Origin: Camelus dromedarius
Taxonomy: Eukaryota
NCBI RefSeq assembly: GCF_036321535.1
Contig: NC_087453.1
Coordinates: forward strand, 14,818,001-14,882,000
DNA: 64,000 bases
Reading direction: 5' to 3'
The notes under the pieces are model-generated. The model was not told where the DNA came from, did no database searches, and saw only the letters and a list, made by a program, of their open reading frames with translations. The position numbers and the translations under genes are program-made. This document shows, piece after piece, positions 1 through 13,459 of the stretch (position 1 is the stretch's first letter; each line of letters starts with the position of its first letter).

Positions 1-1039
1 CAGACTACTGTTGGGAAAATATTGTTAAAGCTGATCAGGTGCAGTTTTCTGGATTCACTGTTTTCCTTTACCTAACAAAAATCGGTACAAAACATGGCTC
101 CAGATGAAAGAGAATTATCCTTTGCATGGCCTTGGTGCCTATAATTACTGAACCTCTTTATTAGATTAGTGGTTATGACTTTTGAACAGTACTGTCTTCT
201 CTAAATGCAGTAGGATTTAGAGAAGGGATAAGGATAACTATTAAGCTTTTAAGTTTTGGAAGCAAACAAGTGATAAATTTGACCTGCAAATCTGTAGTAT
301 AATCAGTTAATTTTAACTACTCTGATACCAAGTATAAGGTGATAATAGCATATCGTAAACTATGTTAGGAACAATGGGAATGGAGAAGGGACTGGAAGAA
401 GGGAAGTTTAAATAAACTTATTTTTAGCCCCAGTGTTTTGTTTTTCTTTTTTAATACTAAAGAGTATTTCTTCAGCTTGTATAAAAATATTTATATGACT
501 ATTGGAAAAACTGAAAAGTATAAACAAACTGCTAAAGACTTAGAATTATACATACCCCATTAAAAATACATATATGTATATTTTGGTAGTCAGTTTCCTT
601 GAATAACTTTTCTCAGGGTAAGGAGGCTGGAAAAGTTCAGTTTAGTATCAAGACATCTTGTTTACGCCTTGGTGCTAGAACATTGCCTAATGGAAAGCAC
701 ACCTCTATGGGAATGTTGTAGAGAGAATTTCTGCTGACAAAAGAAATCTGGCCAAAGTATCTCATATACAGTCTTCAGAGGCCACTACTGTCAGCTTTTT
801 TTGTGTTTGTTTTACATAAAGGCTTTCTGCAGTTTTTCACGCCTCATGGATGGTGGCCAAACTTAGATTCAGTTATGAATTCCCATCTCTCCTTTACCCT
901 TAAAATGTTTTTATTATGGAAAATTTCAAACATACACTTAAATAGGGAGAATAATATGAGTCCTCATGTCATTCTTGCTTTATGTATCTTCTCATTTTCT
1001 TTTTGACCTAGAGTATTTTAAAGAAAATCACAAACAACC

Positions 1040-1730
1040 TTTCCTTTCACCTGTAAACATTTTAGTGTGTTTATCTGTTGGATAGAAAAGCACATTATTA
1101 TACCCAGTAAATTCCCTATAACCTAATTCCTTAATATTATCTCATACTGAATCCCTTCCCTTGATTTTTCTCAAAAAATGGCTTTTTACAGTTAAATCTT
1201 TGAATCAGGTCCAAATAAGTTCCACCTAATGCATTTGTTTGATACATGTCTTTAATCTGTTTTAATCTATAGTAAATCACCCTCTTTTTAATGCCATTTA
1301 TTTGCTGAGGAAACTGGGTTATTCCCCTTCCCCATACAATAGATTTTGCTGATTGTGTCCTTGTGTCAGATAATATGTCACTCTTTTTCCATATTACCTG
1401 TAAACGGGTAGTTAGATTTGGAGGCTCAGCTATTTTTATAATCATTCGTATTTTTTTATTATTCATAGGAGGTATATTGTACTTCTGTTCACATTAGAAA
1501 GCTATAATGTTTGATTGTCCTACTTTGTATACTAAGATTAATTAGTGGGCTCATGTTGACATAGCCCTTTGTTGTCGAGTTGTGTTACCCCATTTGGCCA
1601 GCAAAATCCAAGGAGTGACTTTCTGACAACCTGCAGATTTCCAGGTCTGTCCACCTTTAATCTAATGGTCCTAATTTAACCTTCACTGATTGTTGCCTGA
1701 ATCATTATTTCACTATTGTTACACTTTTAG
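1040..1730 (-). mobile_element. Old L1 3' end (L1MC4-like), degraded
   Basis: tttgaatcaggtccaaataagttccacctaatgcatttgtttgatacatgtc resembles recalled L1MC4 consensus; boundaries approximate. Confidence 0.6.
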
Positions 1731-1898
1731 AAGACTGAGAAACTTGAAGAAAATGAGATGAAAAATTTTTGGTTAAGAACTTTAAGAAAACTGTGAGTAA
1801 ACTGAAGTGTCTGAAAAACTCATTTATGCAAAGTACTTTTTTCTCTGTGTTTAGTAAAAGTGTCATGTAGAAAAGAATGTTTAAAAGTTGCATGTTTA

Positions 1899-3144
1899 TC
1901 AAAATAGCTTAAAAACTTAAATATAAGACAGAACACTAAACCTCCTAGAAGAAAACATAGACAAAACATTCTGTACATAAATCTTAGCAATGTTCTCCTA
2001 GGGCAGTCTACCCAGATAATAGAAATAAAAGCAAAAATAAACAAATGGAACCTAATTAAACTTACAAGCTTTTGCCCAGCAAAGAAAACCATAAGGAAAA
2101 CAAAACAACAACCTACAAAATGGGAGAAAATATTTGCAAATGATGCGGCTAACAAAGGTTTAATTTCCAGAATATATAAACAGCTCGTACAGCTTAGTAA
2201 CAAAAAAACAAACAACCCAATCCAAAAATGGGCAGGAGACCTAAACAACCAGTGAAGACATACAAATGGCCAATAGGCACATGAAAAAATGCTCAATGTT
2301 GCTAATTATCAGAGAAATTTAAACCAAAACCACACCAGTCAGAATGGCCATCATTCAAAAGTNNNNNNNNNNNNNNNNNNNNNNNNNNNNNNNNNNNNNN
2401 NNNNNNNNNNNNNNNNNNNNNNNNNNNNNNNNNNNNNNNNNNNNNNNNNNNNNNNNNNNNNNNNNNNNNNNNNNNNNNNNNNNNNNNNNNNNNNNNNNNN
2501 NNNNNNNNNNNNNNNNNNNNNNNNNNNNNNNNNNNNNNNNNNNAATTCGAAAAGATACATGCACCCCAGTGTTCATAGCAGCACTATATACAATAACCAA
2601 AACATGGAAGCAACCTAAATGTCCATTGACAGTTGGCTAGATAAAGAAGTTGTGGTATATTTATACAATGAAATACTACTCGGCGATAAAAAAGAATAGA
2701 GTAATGCCATTTGCAGCAACATGGGTGGACCTGGAGTTCATCATTCTAAGTGAAGTAAGCCAGAAAGAGAAAGAAAAATACCATATGATATCACTCATGT
2801 GGAATCTAAAAAATAAACAAAAGAAAAAGAGGACACTAATGAACTCATCTATAAAACAGAAACAGACTCACAGACATACTAAACAATCTTACGGTTACTA
2901 GGGGAAAGGGGGTGGGAAGGGATAAATTTGGGAGTTTGAGATTCGCAAATGTTAACCACTATATATAAAAACATAAAAACAAATTTCTTCTGTACAGCAC
3001 AGGGAACTGTATTCAATATCTTATAATAACCTTTAATGAAAAAGAGTATGAGAACAAATATATGTACGTATATGCATGACTGAGACCTTATGCTGTATAC
3101 GAGAAATTGACACATTGTAACTGACCATACTTCAATTTTTTTTA
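1899..3144 (+). mobile_element. 5'-truncated L1 (ORF2 C-terminus + 3'UTR) with perfect 16-bp TSD
   Basis: TSD aaaagttgcatgttta at 1883-1898 and 3145-3160 with TT|AAAA site; ORF2-like peptides (RKDTCTPVFIAALYTITKTWKQPKCP; MPFAATWVDLEFIILSEVSQKEKEKYHM); G-rich 3'UTR near 2901-2921. Confidence 0.92.
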
Positions 3145-3504
3145 AAAAGTTGCATGTTTAGCTGAATTAAATGCCCCTCTATTTGTTTTTGAATGAGTTG
3201 TCTTTAAAAGGTTTTGTGGGAACAGATTTTGAGCTAGACTCCTGCTTTTGGATTATCATGCATTTGTGAAATACTCCTTTTTTTTTTTCTTTGCTCCAAG
3301 TATAAGAAAGTTCTAAGATTACTTTGGTTGGGGATTATGGATCATAAATCCATATAGGTCACTTGAATTCATATAGGTCATTTATTCTCACTGCTGTGGT
3401 CACATTTTTCCTGTAATCCTACTTGGCTGTTGTATAAATGTCAGTAGTAATATTTGACCTTATAAAATACTTTTTGCTTGCCAGATGCTGTACTTTGTTA
3501 TTTC

Positions 3505-3670
3505 CATATACTAATTTATTTAATCCTCACATGATTAACATCCTTGTTTTACATATGAGGAAACTGAGGCAGAGAGATTTCAGTGATTTGCCTAGGTCAT
3601 GCAACTAACAAATGGCAGAGCCTAGGATATGGACTTAGACAGTTTGGTTGCAGAATTTATGTTCTTAGTA
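3505..3670 (-). mobile_element. MIR SINE
   Basis: MIR core ttttacatatgaggaaactgaggcagagaga. Confidence 0.75.
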
Positions 3671-6249
3671 GAAGGACAGAGTAGATTATGTAGTGTCTCT
3701 ATTACTAGAAAAAATAGCTCAAGTTTACTGTCCTATTATCCCTGGAGGATAATCTTTACTTATATATATGTATCTTGTTTGCTTGTGTAGGTGTGTATAT
3801 ATAGAGAGAGGGAGACATCACACATACACACATAACATGTCCACTTGGAAGAGCAAGTGTGTAGGGTTTTCTCTTTAGGAAGGTCCTTCCTACTCTAAAA
3901 CCTTTTGTGAATCTCTTTTAGTTAAACTTAGATAGTGGTGGAAACAGCCTAAGACCTGATACCTTCATCTGGGTAGAGGGACTTAAGGAGTCAGCACACA
4001 AGGGAAACCTGGCAGGCAGCTTGTGGTCACAGTCTGATTCACACAAGGTACCACTCTGGTCTTTGGACCTTTTTTGCCTTGAAGTTCAACCTCCTTGCTC
4101 TTTGAATAGCCACCTGCCATCTTAGCTGCACAATTTAGGGTTATTTTTGGAGCAGAAGGACATATAGCTAGTATCCAATACCATAAAAAACAGCTTTTCA
4201 AATTCTCCAAATCATAATAACTTAACAACCCTGGGTCTCAATTATAGAACCAAGAGTCAGTAGGCGCTATGGACCGTTTGTCCCAAGTATATCTCTGCTA
4301 TTTCGCTAAGTGATTTTTTTTTAAGTTGAAACAATGTGTCTCTTTATTTTAACAATTTAAATAATTTTCTTCCTCTCTTTTGCCATCCCCCATTCTGTTT
4401 TTACTTTAGCAATTGAATTTATTATTTCTATCAAATGTCAGTTTAGATGGGAACAAATGAATAATTTGAGTAGTCATGTTCTTTCACAAAAAAAGTCTCT
4501 GCCTTTCTCTGTTTTTATATTTGAGTTGTGCTCATTTTGTATTACTCTGTTGAGAAGTTAATCTGTGTGGATAAGAAAATGACTAGATCCTCAAGAATCT
4601 GAACATTGTGGTAACAATCTGATGTTTTAAACAGTTGGGCATCACTGATAGGGATAAGAGCTATACAAAAGCAGTGGGGAAGCTTCTTCAGGCCAGGAGC
4701 TGAATGAGATGGATTTATCTAGTGCCTTTTAATCTGTGTTTGAAGCATCCAGCAGTCATGTGCCAGTGGTAAAGTTTAACAGGAAAGGCCTCAAGGGATT
4801 GATTCTCTAAGTATGAGTGAGGGTGGATTTAAAGACAACATATTTCTTAATTTTATTTATTCTACTTACATATTCAAATACTGACACTTTATGTAGTTTC
4901 TGTAATCATCATTGCATGGTTAAATTTTTCCAAATTTATAGAATTTCTTGACGTACTTAACACGTTGTGGTAAAGATGTTCATGCCTTCTAACAAACAGA
5001 TTTCCTGAATCATCCTCCTGACTTCTGTGCATTCTTACTATTTTTAGTAAGTTTTTCTTGAAGGAAAAAAGAACTTACTACCCTTCTATATTTAAAGGAA
5101 AAAAAAAACAGCTTTCTTATTTACCTGGAGAATGGAGAACTCAGTAAAATAGGGAATACATTAGTGTTTATGTAGGATTCATTGATTCATTTCCTACAGT
5201 TTTTTTTTCTCTTGGTTGGTAGTTGTTATTCGTAGAATTACAGGATTTTACGGCATAGAATCCATAGGAAAGGGTTTTTTATGTCTGAGGTCAAATACCC
5301 TCATATTATAGTTGAAGAAACAGAGCTGGTTTTTTAGTTTTATTGGTGACTGTCCTGCGTATATACTCTTGCTGGTTGCTGGAGTAAGGCGGCCAGCTCT
5401 TTAGAGCTATGCTAAACCAGAAAACGAGAGGAATAGGAGAAATGGTTGGATTTGGTGTAATAGAAATTCGATATGAATATTAAAGTTGGGCACATACTAA
5501 CACGATTCTGGCTAGAATTGAATGAATAAAGACAAGCTACATGTGAGTTGCTACTGGGTGGGCTTTTGGCTGATTGAGTCGGTTCCAGTATGGTGCCAAA
5601 CTCTGCTATGGGAGGTTGGCCTCTCATGTCTGGCCTATGTAAGGGGGCCGCTGTCTTGGCACTAGCTCCTTGGGTAGGTAGTCACAGCTGGAGCAGTGGA
5701 GTTACTTTGCTTGGTATGCATGTCGTGAACAGCAGCAACTGCATGAGGAGGAAAACTTGAGGTTTCTTTCTACAAAGTTAGTGATGTTTGTACAAATACC
5801 TATTTTTACTGACCATATTATAAATTCTTTCTTGGTTCTCATAGTTTTCAAGTTGTTGCTTAAGGATTTACAAGAGGAGCAGTCACGTTGTATATGAATA
5901 ATAATTTTGTACCTGTCTTTCTAGTTTATACATCTCATAATTTGTCCTTATATTCTCTAGACTGTCCAGAGCAATGCTTGATGGATGATGTCCTTGTCTT
6001 TTTCCAGACTTCTTAATAAGAGTGCCTTCGGCATTTCACCATAGATTTGATATGGCTTCAAATGGATATTTATAAAAGTCAATACTACTTTAACTAGATC
6101 AAGTATCTTAGTTCAGCTTTTAACTTTTCAAATTAAGGAGGAGATAACATAGAAGGTTCAGGAGATAGCTGAAAATATGTGGGGAATTAAATAATAATAA
6201 TATTAAACAAATGGGAATATTTATCCTAGAGAAGAAAAAAACTATGGGA

Positions 6250-6572
6250 TGATTTTATTATCCTCAAGTATAGGTAGGACTTATGCTGGCAAATTAAAGC
6301 TTCCAGATCATCTTTGAGTTTGAGAAAGCAGTCTAATCCTCTGGGGATGCGACTGGGGCCGAGCACCACCAGATGTCCCTGCATACTGTCACTGGGCAAA
6401 AGCACTGCATCCTTGAACCTGCAAGACAAGCTCCCTTCCTCCTGCAATACCCCTCCGGTGCCCTCTCCTGACCAAGCTTAACATCATGCTCTCTGTAAAG
6501 GAGAAATGCTCCAGTGCGTTATCACAGAGCAGGTACTGAGGGGTGAATTTGGAGCCAAGGCAATAAATTAAT
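6250..6572 (+). mobile_element. MLT1N2/MLT1O-like ERVL-MaLR solo LTR
   Basis: caagcttaacatcatgc...gagaaat...gggtgaatttggagccaaggcaataaattaataactggcac matches the recalled MLT1N2 3' end. Confidence 0.7.
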
Positions 6573-6579
6573 AACTGGC

Positions 6580-6845
6580 ACTGAAGCCAGACACAAGAGT
6601 ACATACTTACAGAATTCCACTTTTATAAGGTACAGAAAGAAAGAAAACTAATTTATACCGTTAGAAGTTAGGCTAGTGGTTACCCTTGGAGGAAAGTAGT
6701 AGTGACCAGAAAGGAGCATGGATAGGGCTTTCCTAGTGCTGACAGAGTTCTGTTTCTGGATGTGGGTGCTGGTTACGTGGGTGTGTTCAGTATGTGAAAA
6801 GCCATACTTTTAACAATGCATTTTATACTTCAGTAAAAGTTAAAG
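6580..6845 (+). mobile_element. L1ME-type 3' end
   Basis: agacacaagagtacatact...tagtggttacccttgg...ctgtttctggatgtgggtgctggttacgtgggtgtgttcag, typical old L1 3'UTR. Confidence 0.7.
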
Positions 6846-9800
6846 TGTGGTACAGTCTGATTCCAAAAGTAAAAACTTAAAAAACAAGATCCAGTCCAGA
6901 ATAGGGGAAATACAAAACAATCCAGGGTGTCTCAACGTTTTTTTATTTTTAAGAACTGTTTGAGGGCTGTTCAACTTAATGTCAAAAAACAGGTATCTAA
7001 TTCATTCAGCAAAAAGTATTAATTGCCAGACTACCTTTTTTTGTCCATTTGGGATCAAACTGTTGATACTGAGGCCTTGTGTAGAGCAGCGTACGCTTAT
7101 GTTGGTGATGTTCTTCTTACCAGCTCTTTGAACAGCAGCTTCTCAGTTTTTGTATGGCTTTTCGACTACTTCTTTGTTCTTAGTCTAAATAAAATATCAC
7201 TGCTCTCCTCTGTAATCATTATTGTTACTTTTATCTTTGTCATCGTATACCCTTCTTGAAGCAGACAAACCACCAGATCCTCTTTTGCTTGCCTGAGAAA
7301 TTTTGGAGCCCACAATGGTATCTCCCATCTAAGGGTTAATGGCAGTGGGAACCACAGATGTTTGGTTCAGGAATTGGTGGTGATAGGTGATAGTCCTGTG
7401 GTTTGAGTCCTGTGGTTTGTTCAGGAGTAGGTAACTCTGGGTGCAGAATCTTAAAGAATTCACCACGTTGAGAGCTGAACCTGGATACAGGAGCTGGATA
7501 TGAAATCTAGATAGGAGTCAAATTCCCAGAAAACAAAGATTGCTAAGAAACTCTGGCATTACACTGTGGATAGAATTTAGGGTGAGTTTTAAAGTAGAGT
7601 CAGCTGTTTAAAGCCCAGTCTTTGCTAAATCGAATTAAACTGAAGTAAGTAATAGATTTGGAATTACCTACTTCTGTGTACAGAGCTTGGTATCTCCACA
7701 TAAATAGGATATTGTTGTTTTTGTGCTTTGAATCGCTGGTTGCCCTCTTACATCTTGAGACTTTGACTGAGAGTTACCAGAAACGTATAACACAGAGGCT
7801 GAAAACCTAGAGTGATTCCCTTGCAAAAGTTTTGCCCTTATATTTTTTGACCCTTAAGTCAGAGGGTAGAAGGAAGAAAATCATGTGAGTGGTGAAACTA
7901 GCCTGTGAGCCTTTCATTTATGAATTCAATCTGTGGATTCATGCGACCAATATGTGGGTTTTGACTGTATTGCAGGCCCTGTCCTAGGCATCGGGGACCT
8001 GGAGGTGAATCTGATGCAGTCCCTTGGACCTCTAGAGAGTTGTTATTTTATTCCTCTGTTAGAGGGCTGCCTTTATTCTTGTCTGTGACACGAAGCTTTG
8101 TCACCGACTCCTTTAGGATTCTGTTGAGCCTTTAAGAACTGATACTTGTATTTCATATCCAGGCTAATGAGAGAGTTCCCTGCTTTTTATTTATTTCACT
8201 TTATTACTAGCCTGAGCTTATACTATGCCACCCGTAAAAGGCTTTGTTTGCAAATTTGGCATCATAAGAAAAGGGTGCCTGTGATTAAAAGTACGCATCT
8301 CATTCCACACGTGTACTCCAGAGCAGCAGTTTGGAAATTTGCTGTCCTCCAAAACTGTTCACCTGTATCTAGAACAATCTTAAATCCCATCACTACGTCT
8401 GGTTCTCAGTGCTTATGCTCCTGATGGAAGGGAGCATCGGAATGGGTACTATGAAAATAATGTAGTATGAGCGGGAGATTATGGGTATTAAGAAGTTCAG
8501 TTTATATTTCAAAATGGTTGTCTTTTGATCAGGGAATTGATACTATTTACCAAATAAACTAGCAGGCCCTTCTCTGTGGTTCTCTTGCTCGTTCTGGACA
8601 TGAATTCCACCATCTCCCAGACCAGTCCTCCTTAAATAGCACTACATGGCAATCTGAAAACTTTCTCAGTTTTACTTCTAGTTATGGGGTTGTTTAGGTG
8701 TTAGAAGTCAGTATGTGTTGTTTGCTAATATATTACTTTAAAACAGATTTTGGCAAATTAGATGGACCACATGTAATATAGATGGTGTTAACAGATTTTA
8801 GTCAGTTGGCTTAAATTTGTTTAAGATGGCCTCTTGAGTATTCTGCTTATTACTTGCAGTTTCTGCTCTCAGTGTAGCACAACCAGATTTGGAGAACCAG
8901 GGCATTTTATTGGCAGGAGTCTCCTGTTGCCAGCCACCCGCCTCACCATTCAGCCAGTGCTTGTCTGTGTTTGCTTTTGCAAGAACTTTTTACCTGTATC
9001 AGTCACATCATGCAGTGTCTTGTTCTAGGGATTCCCCTACAGACTGGTTCCGCGTTTATTACAGCACTCTCTTCATTTCAGGGAACGGGGGGACTTGAGG
9101 GTGGGGAAGGATTAAGAACTGTTTAATCTGTTAAAAATCCAGAGCTTAAAAAATCCTTCTCAGATTCTGTTAAACAAAAATTCTTAAGACCCTAAGGAAA
9201 GTGCAGGAGGCCCCAGAGTTGATGGCTTTGGAAACATGAAATGACAGTGGAATTCATCAGGGTGCGGCATCCTCCTGGGTTTGTGGCAGGCGATTTAATG
9301 TAAGATGTAAACTTTAAGTTTCAGGATTTCACCTTAAAACTTGAGTAGAATGAAATTTGTGTCAGATTCAAAATCCATTATTTGTATTGTTTTTAAACAA
9401 TAGGAAAAAAACACTTTGGAAAAATCTTGGGGTTTTATTTTACTTTAACACAGTAGACTTGTAGAAGTAGGGGGAAAGCCCATCTTTTTTATACTGGGAA
9501 TTCCACACATGTATTTGATAAGATGTTTTCAGACTGTAGATTGGTTTACACTTGGGCTGGTTCTTCTGTTTCCTGTAGAATAAAAAGTGCTGAGTAAATG
9601 TGTGATCTTTTATTATTTATCCTAGAGTAAAAACTCTGCTGAGTATTGTCTGTGTTATGATTTTGTTAATGTGTTTACTTTGTTTCCTGCTGTCTTGGAT
9701 AGCCATCAGATATATTTTATTTCCTTACTGTAAATTGCTTCAAAACAATTTTGTTTAACAATTCAGAATTCAAATGGAAGGCTTTATGAAAGTAGATAAA

Positions 9801-10584
9801 GAATTTAAACAGAATTACTTGGCAGTTATAGCCCTAAAGATTTTGTCTATGTTTATCATATGAATTATTTGTGTGAAAAATTTTGTTCCCTTGTGTGTAA
9901 CGTTATCTTAAGGGTTCATCCTTCTTGTCTTAAACGTGCCTAAAAGGTCCTCTTGAATGATAGTTTATCAGGCTGTTTTAATTGCTTCCNNNNNNNNNNN
10001 NNNNNNNNNNNNNNNNNNNNNNNNNNNNNNNNNNNNNNNNNNNNNNNNNNNNNNNNNNNNNNNNNNNNNNNNNNNNNNNNNNNNNNNNNNNNNNNNNNNN
10101 NNNNNNNNNNNNNNNNNNNNNNNNNNNNNNNNNNNNNNNNNNNNNNNNNNNNNNNNNNNNNNNNNNNNNNNNNNNNNNNNNNNNNNNNNNNNNNNNNNNN
10201 NNNNNNNNNNNNNNNNNNNNNNNNNNNNNNNNNNNNNNNNNNNNNNNNNNNNNNNNGTAGAATATCTTTGTAATCTCTCCCCACTCTCTGAGTGCCCCAA
10301 ATAGAACATCTCCTATCCTGACCTCTCACCCTATTTTCATTTGCTTATAAGTCAGCTTGATGTAGTGCTGAGAGGGCTAAACTGGAACCCAAGAAATCTA
10401 ATTCTTGTACTTGTGCATAATTGTGAGCCTTCGTCCCTTAGTCTCATTATGTTAAGATAAAAGGATTGCATTGCCTGAGCTTTAAATTCCCTCCTTCACT
10501 AAGCTTCTTTTTTACTGTTCCTTCAAACTTAGCCTGTCCAAAATAGAACTCATCCATCTCCTCTCCCAAAAGATAGTTTTGGTC

Positions 10585-10690
10585 CCTATTCTACAAATGA
10601 GAAACTGAGGCCTAGGGAGATTGAATAAATTGTACAAATCATATTACCCTTGTGTTCAGAACCTGGGTATCTTCACTCACGTCTACAGGT
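10585..10690 (-). mobile_element. MIR fragment
   Basis: ctattctacaaatgagaaactgaggcctaggga core. Confidence 0.65.
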
Positions 10691-13459
10691 ATTACTCTTC
10701 CCACACAAAAGGCATTAAAGTGTAACAAATCAAAAAGGTCTTGTGTTACTGGTGAGGTCTCTTGAGATTGAATATGGAATGTCATTTGTAAAACCTTCCG
10801 TCTTCCCACATAAAGTTATAGCCTGAATTTTCAGGGCTCTGAACTTTAAGTGGGCTTGGCTGTCAGGAGATTGGTTTCTTCAGTCCTGTGTTCACAGATG
10901 CGATCATTCCTGATCTGGGTTAGTTGACATTACAGTGCAGGGTCTAGTGACAGAAAAAAAGTACAATCAGGTTTTACTTTATGATGTGTTATTTGATAGG
11001 TCTGGTAATGCCTGAGCACTTGCTTCTATTCCTACCCTTAATAATGATTCTTATCAAGAAAGTTGATTTTTATCATCAGATGAGGAGTTGAAATGATTTC
11101 CTCTGACTGAAGAGATGAACTGGGATTGGGAGTTGATTTTCTCATGTATTATGCAGATGTGTTTCATTCATCATTAAGATCAAAGTGCTTGGCTGTGTGA
11201 TTCGAAGTTCCCTTTCAGTTCTGATTCTGTGACTGCAGCATTGTTGTAATGTTTCTAGTGGGCTTCCTTAGTTTATACCATCCAAGTACAACAGAGTATA
11301 GTAAGTAATTATGGCAATGCTAGACATTGGTTGAAGTCAATAGTAATGAGTTTAAGTAGCCAGAGGAGATTCATTCAGTTAGTAAAAGCCTTATTATTTT
11401 GCAGTTGACCAATAGGAAGCCTCTGAAAATGGACATTTCTGTTACTCTCAATCTAGTAGCAAGAGTTTTCTAGAAGGTTATTTTTGCTCTTACTGCTGAT
11501 TATGCCTTCTCTCACATACAAAGATCAATGTCACTAGTCTTGATTTACTTTTTGGCTTGCATTATACATGTACAGGGTAACAAAGCCTTTATTATAATAC
11601 ATCGAATGTTTAAAACACTTTTCTTTTGAGGAGCAAAGCATCTTAAGTTAATGTGAGAGGTGGTGATTGTACTTTCAAGCCAGCAAAACAAAGAGCTGTC
11701 ACAGTTTGGTAGCTGTGAAGGTACTAGTGCCTTCTTCCTAGTAATGTTTGGCAGATATTTCAAGTTAAGCATCTACATTTTTGGAGAGAAGGGGTTTTAG
11801 TCTGTGTGGTATATTTCCTTTATACCAGTATGATCTTTCTCTTTTGACCCACCATTAATAAATCCATATGTAATATTAATATATTTATTCAGTTCACCAA
11901 ATACTGTGCTAGGAATTAGATATACAGTAGTAGTCAAAATAGATATGATCCCGTGTCCTCATGGCCCTCTTTTAATCTTGAAAAATATGAATGCTTTTGA
12001 CATGTAGACATGAGATTAAGTTATCTCTAGCCTGTTGCAGAGAGAGCATCAAAGATCATCTGATACAGGTTTGCTCTAGCCTAAACTATACATAAAAGGT
12101 ATGTCACAGAAGTAGATATAATTTACGAATTCTCTGTGTTCCAAAAAAACCTTTCAGGCATCAAAAAAAATTCATATATATGAATCAAAACTCTCACTTT
12201 TGGTGCTGTGCCATCTTTGATGGAAAGTAAAACTTCTCATTCAAGCCTTGAAAATATAAGAAATTCTTAAAATTGTTACAGAGGCATTTTCTCACTCCAG
12301 TTTGAATATTCTGGTTGTGTAGAAATGTTTCCACTAGATCATAGTGTCTTTGAAAGGGAAGAGTCACCATTTGTCTTTTGAATGCCCTTCCATTGTTGGT
12401 TACTTGGCACGAGCTTAGGAGATTGTAAAAATAAAATATCAGGGTACAAAAAAGAGAGAATTATTGAATGGTAAACATGTTAGCCATTTAAAAAAAGAAG
12501 GGTTGAAAGATAAAATTAAGGAAACCTCCCAGAAAGCAGAACATGAAGAAAGAGAAAAAAATTTTTAATGAGAAAATTAGAGCCCAGAGGTCTATCATTC
12601 AAATACAATAATAAGAGTTCCATTAAAAGAAAACAATAGGGAGGAAATTATGAGGAAATAATAAAAGAGGATTTCTCAGAACTGAGATAAGAGTTTCTAG
12701 ATTGTGAAAGAATTCACCAGGTGCCCAACCTTATGGATGAAAATAACCCCAAGGCACATCTTTTCACAGTGATGTGGCTTGGGACCAACAGCTTTCTGAG
12801 AAGGAAGAGGTTACAGAGAAGTGATTAGGGACCACCGTGGTTCAGATGCCTTATCAGGTAGTGGAAGGAATAGGACAGTGGTGTAGTGCTCTCAAAATTC
12901 TGAGGAGAAATGTATCTACCCACCTAGCCATCAAGGTAGAATGGAAACATATTCAGACATGAAGCTCTCAGAAATGTACCTCTCATTCATATATTTTCCA
13001 GAGTTAGTGGACATTGTGATTCACCAAAGTGAGAGAGTAAACCCTCAGAGAGAAGAAAGAAACATGGGAGACCACTTTTGAGAGGGACAAAGAGAGTGAA
13101 TCCCCAGGAGAGTGATGAATGAGAAGTCCTAGAAAGGTGGCTTTGAAGCAGGTTGACAGAATTGTAAGACTCCAGATACAATGATACAAGGGGGAAAAAT
13201 GAACTTAGATTGAGAGGAGTTTTAATTTTAAGGCTTAAGGGGAGCATTTTTAGATAACGTTAGTGATTCATAAAAAAACAAAGCAAATTTTTAAATTTAA
13301 ATGTACTTACTATCTTTAAGGGGAAAATTACACAAAAAGGGCAGTTTTAGCACAGTATAGTTCATGGCTTAGCTGTGAATTGAATACAGATTTTAAAATA
13401 ATTGTAATGATAACTATATTGGGAAGATAACGCTTTATTTTCCATAGCCAGGGGGGCTA

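Noticed and set aside
5412-5627. Possible mitochondrial insertion (NUMT)
   Set aside because: Reverse complement is C/A-rich but gave no recognisable mitochondrial protein or RNA.
9940-10329. ORF-track entries spanning N blocks (also at 2289-2640, 14337-14679, 28874-29248, 42817-43484, 63417-63852)
   Set aside because: Open only because N codons cannot be stops; real parts are L1 ORF2 or CHD6 exons.
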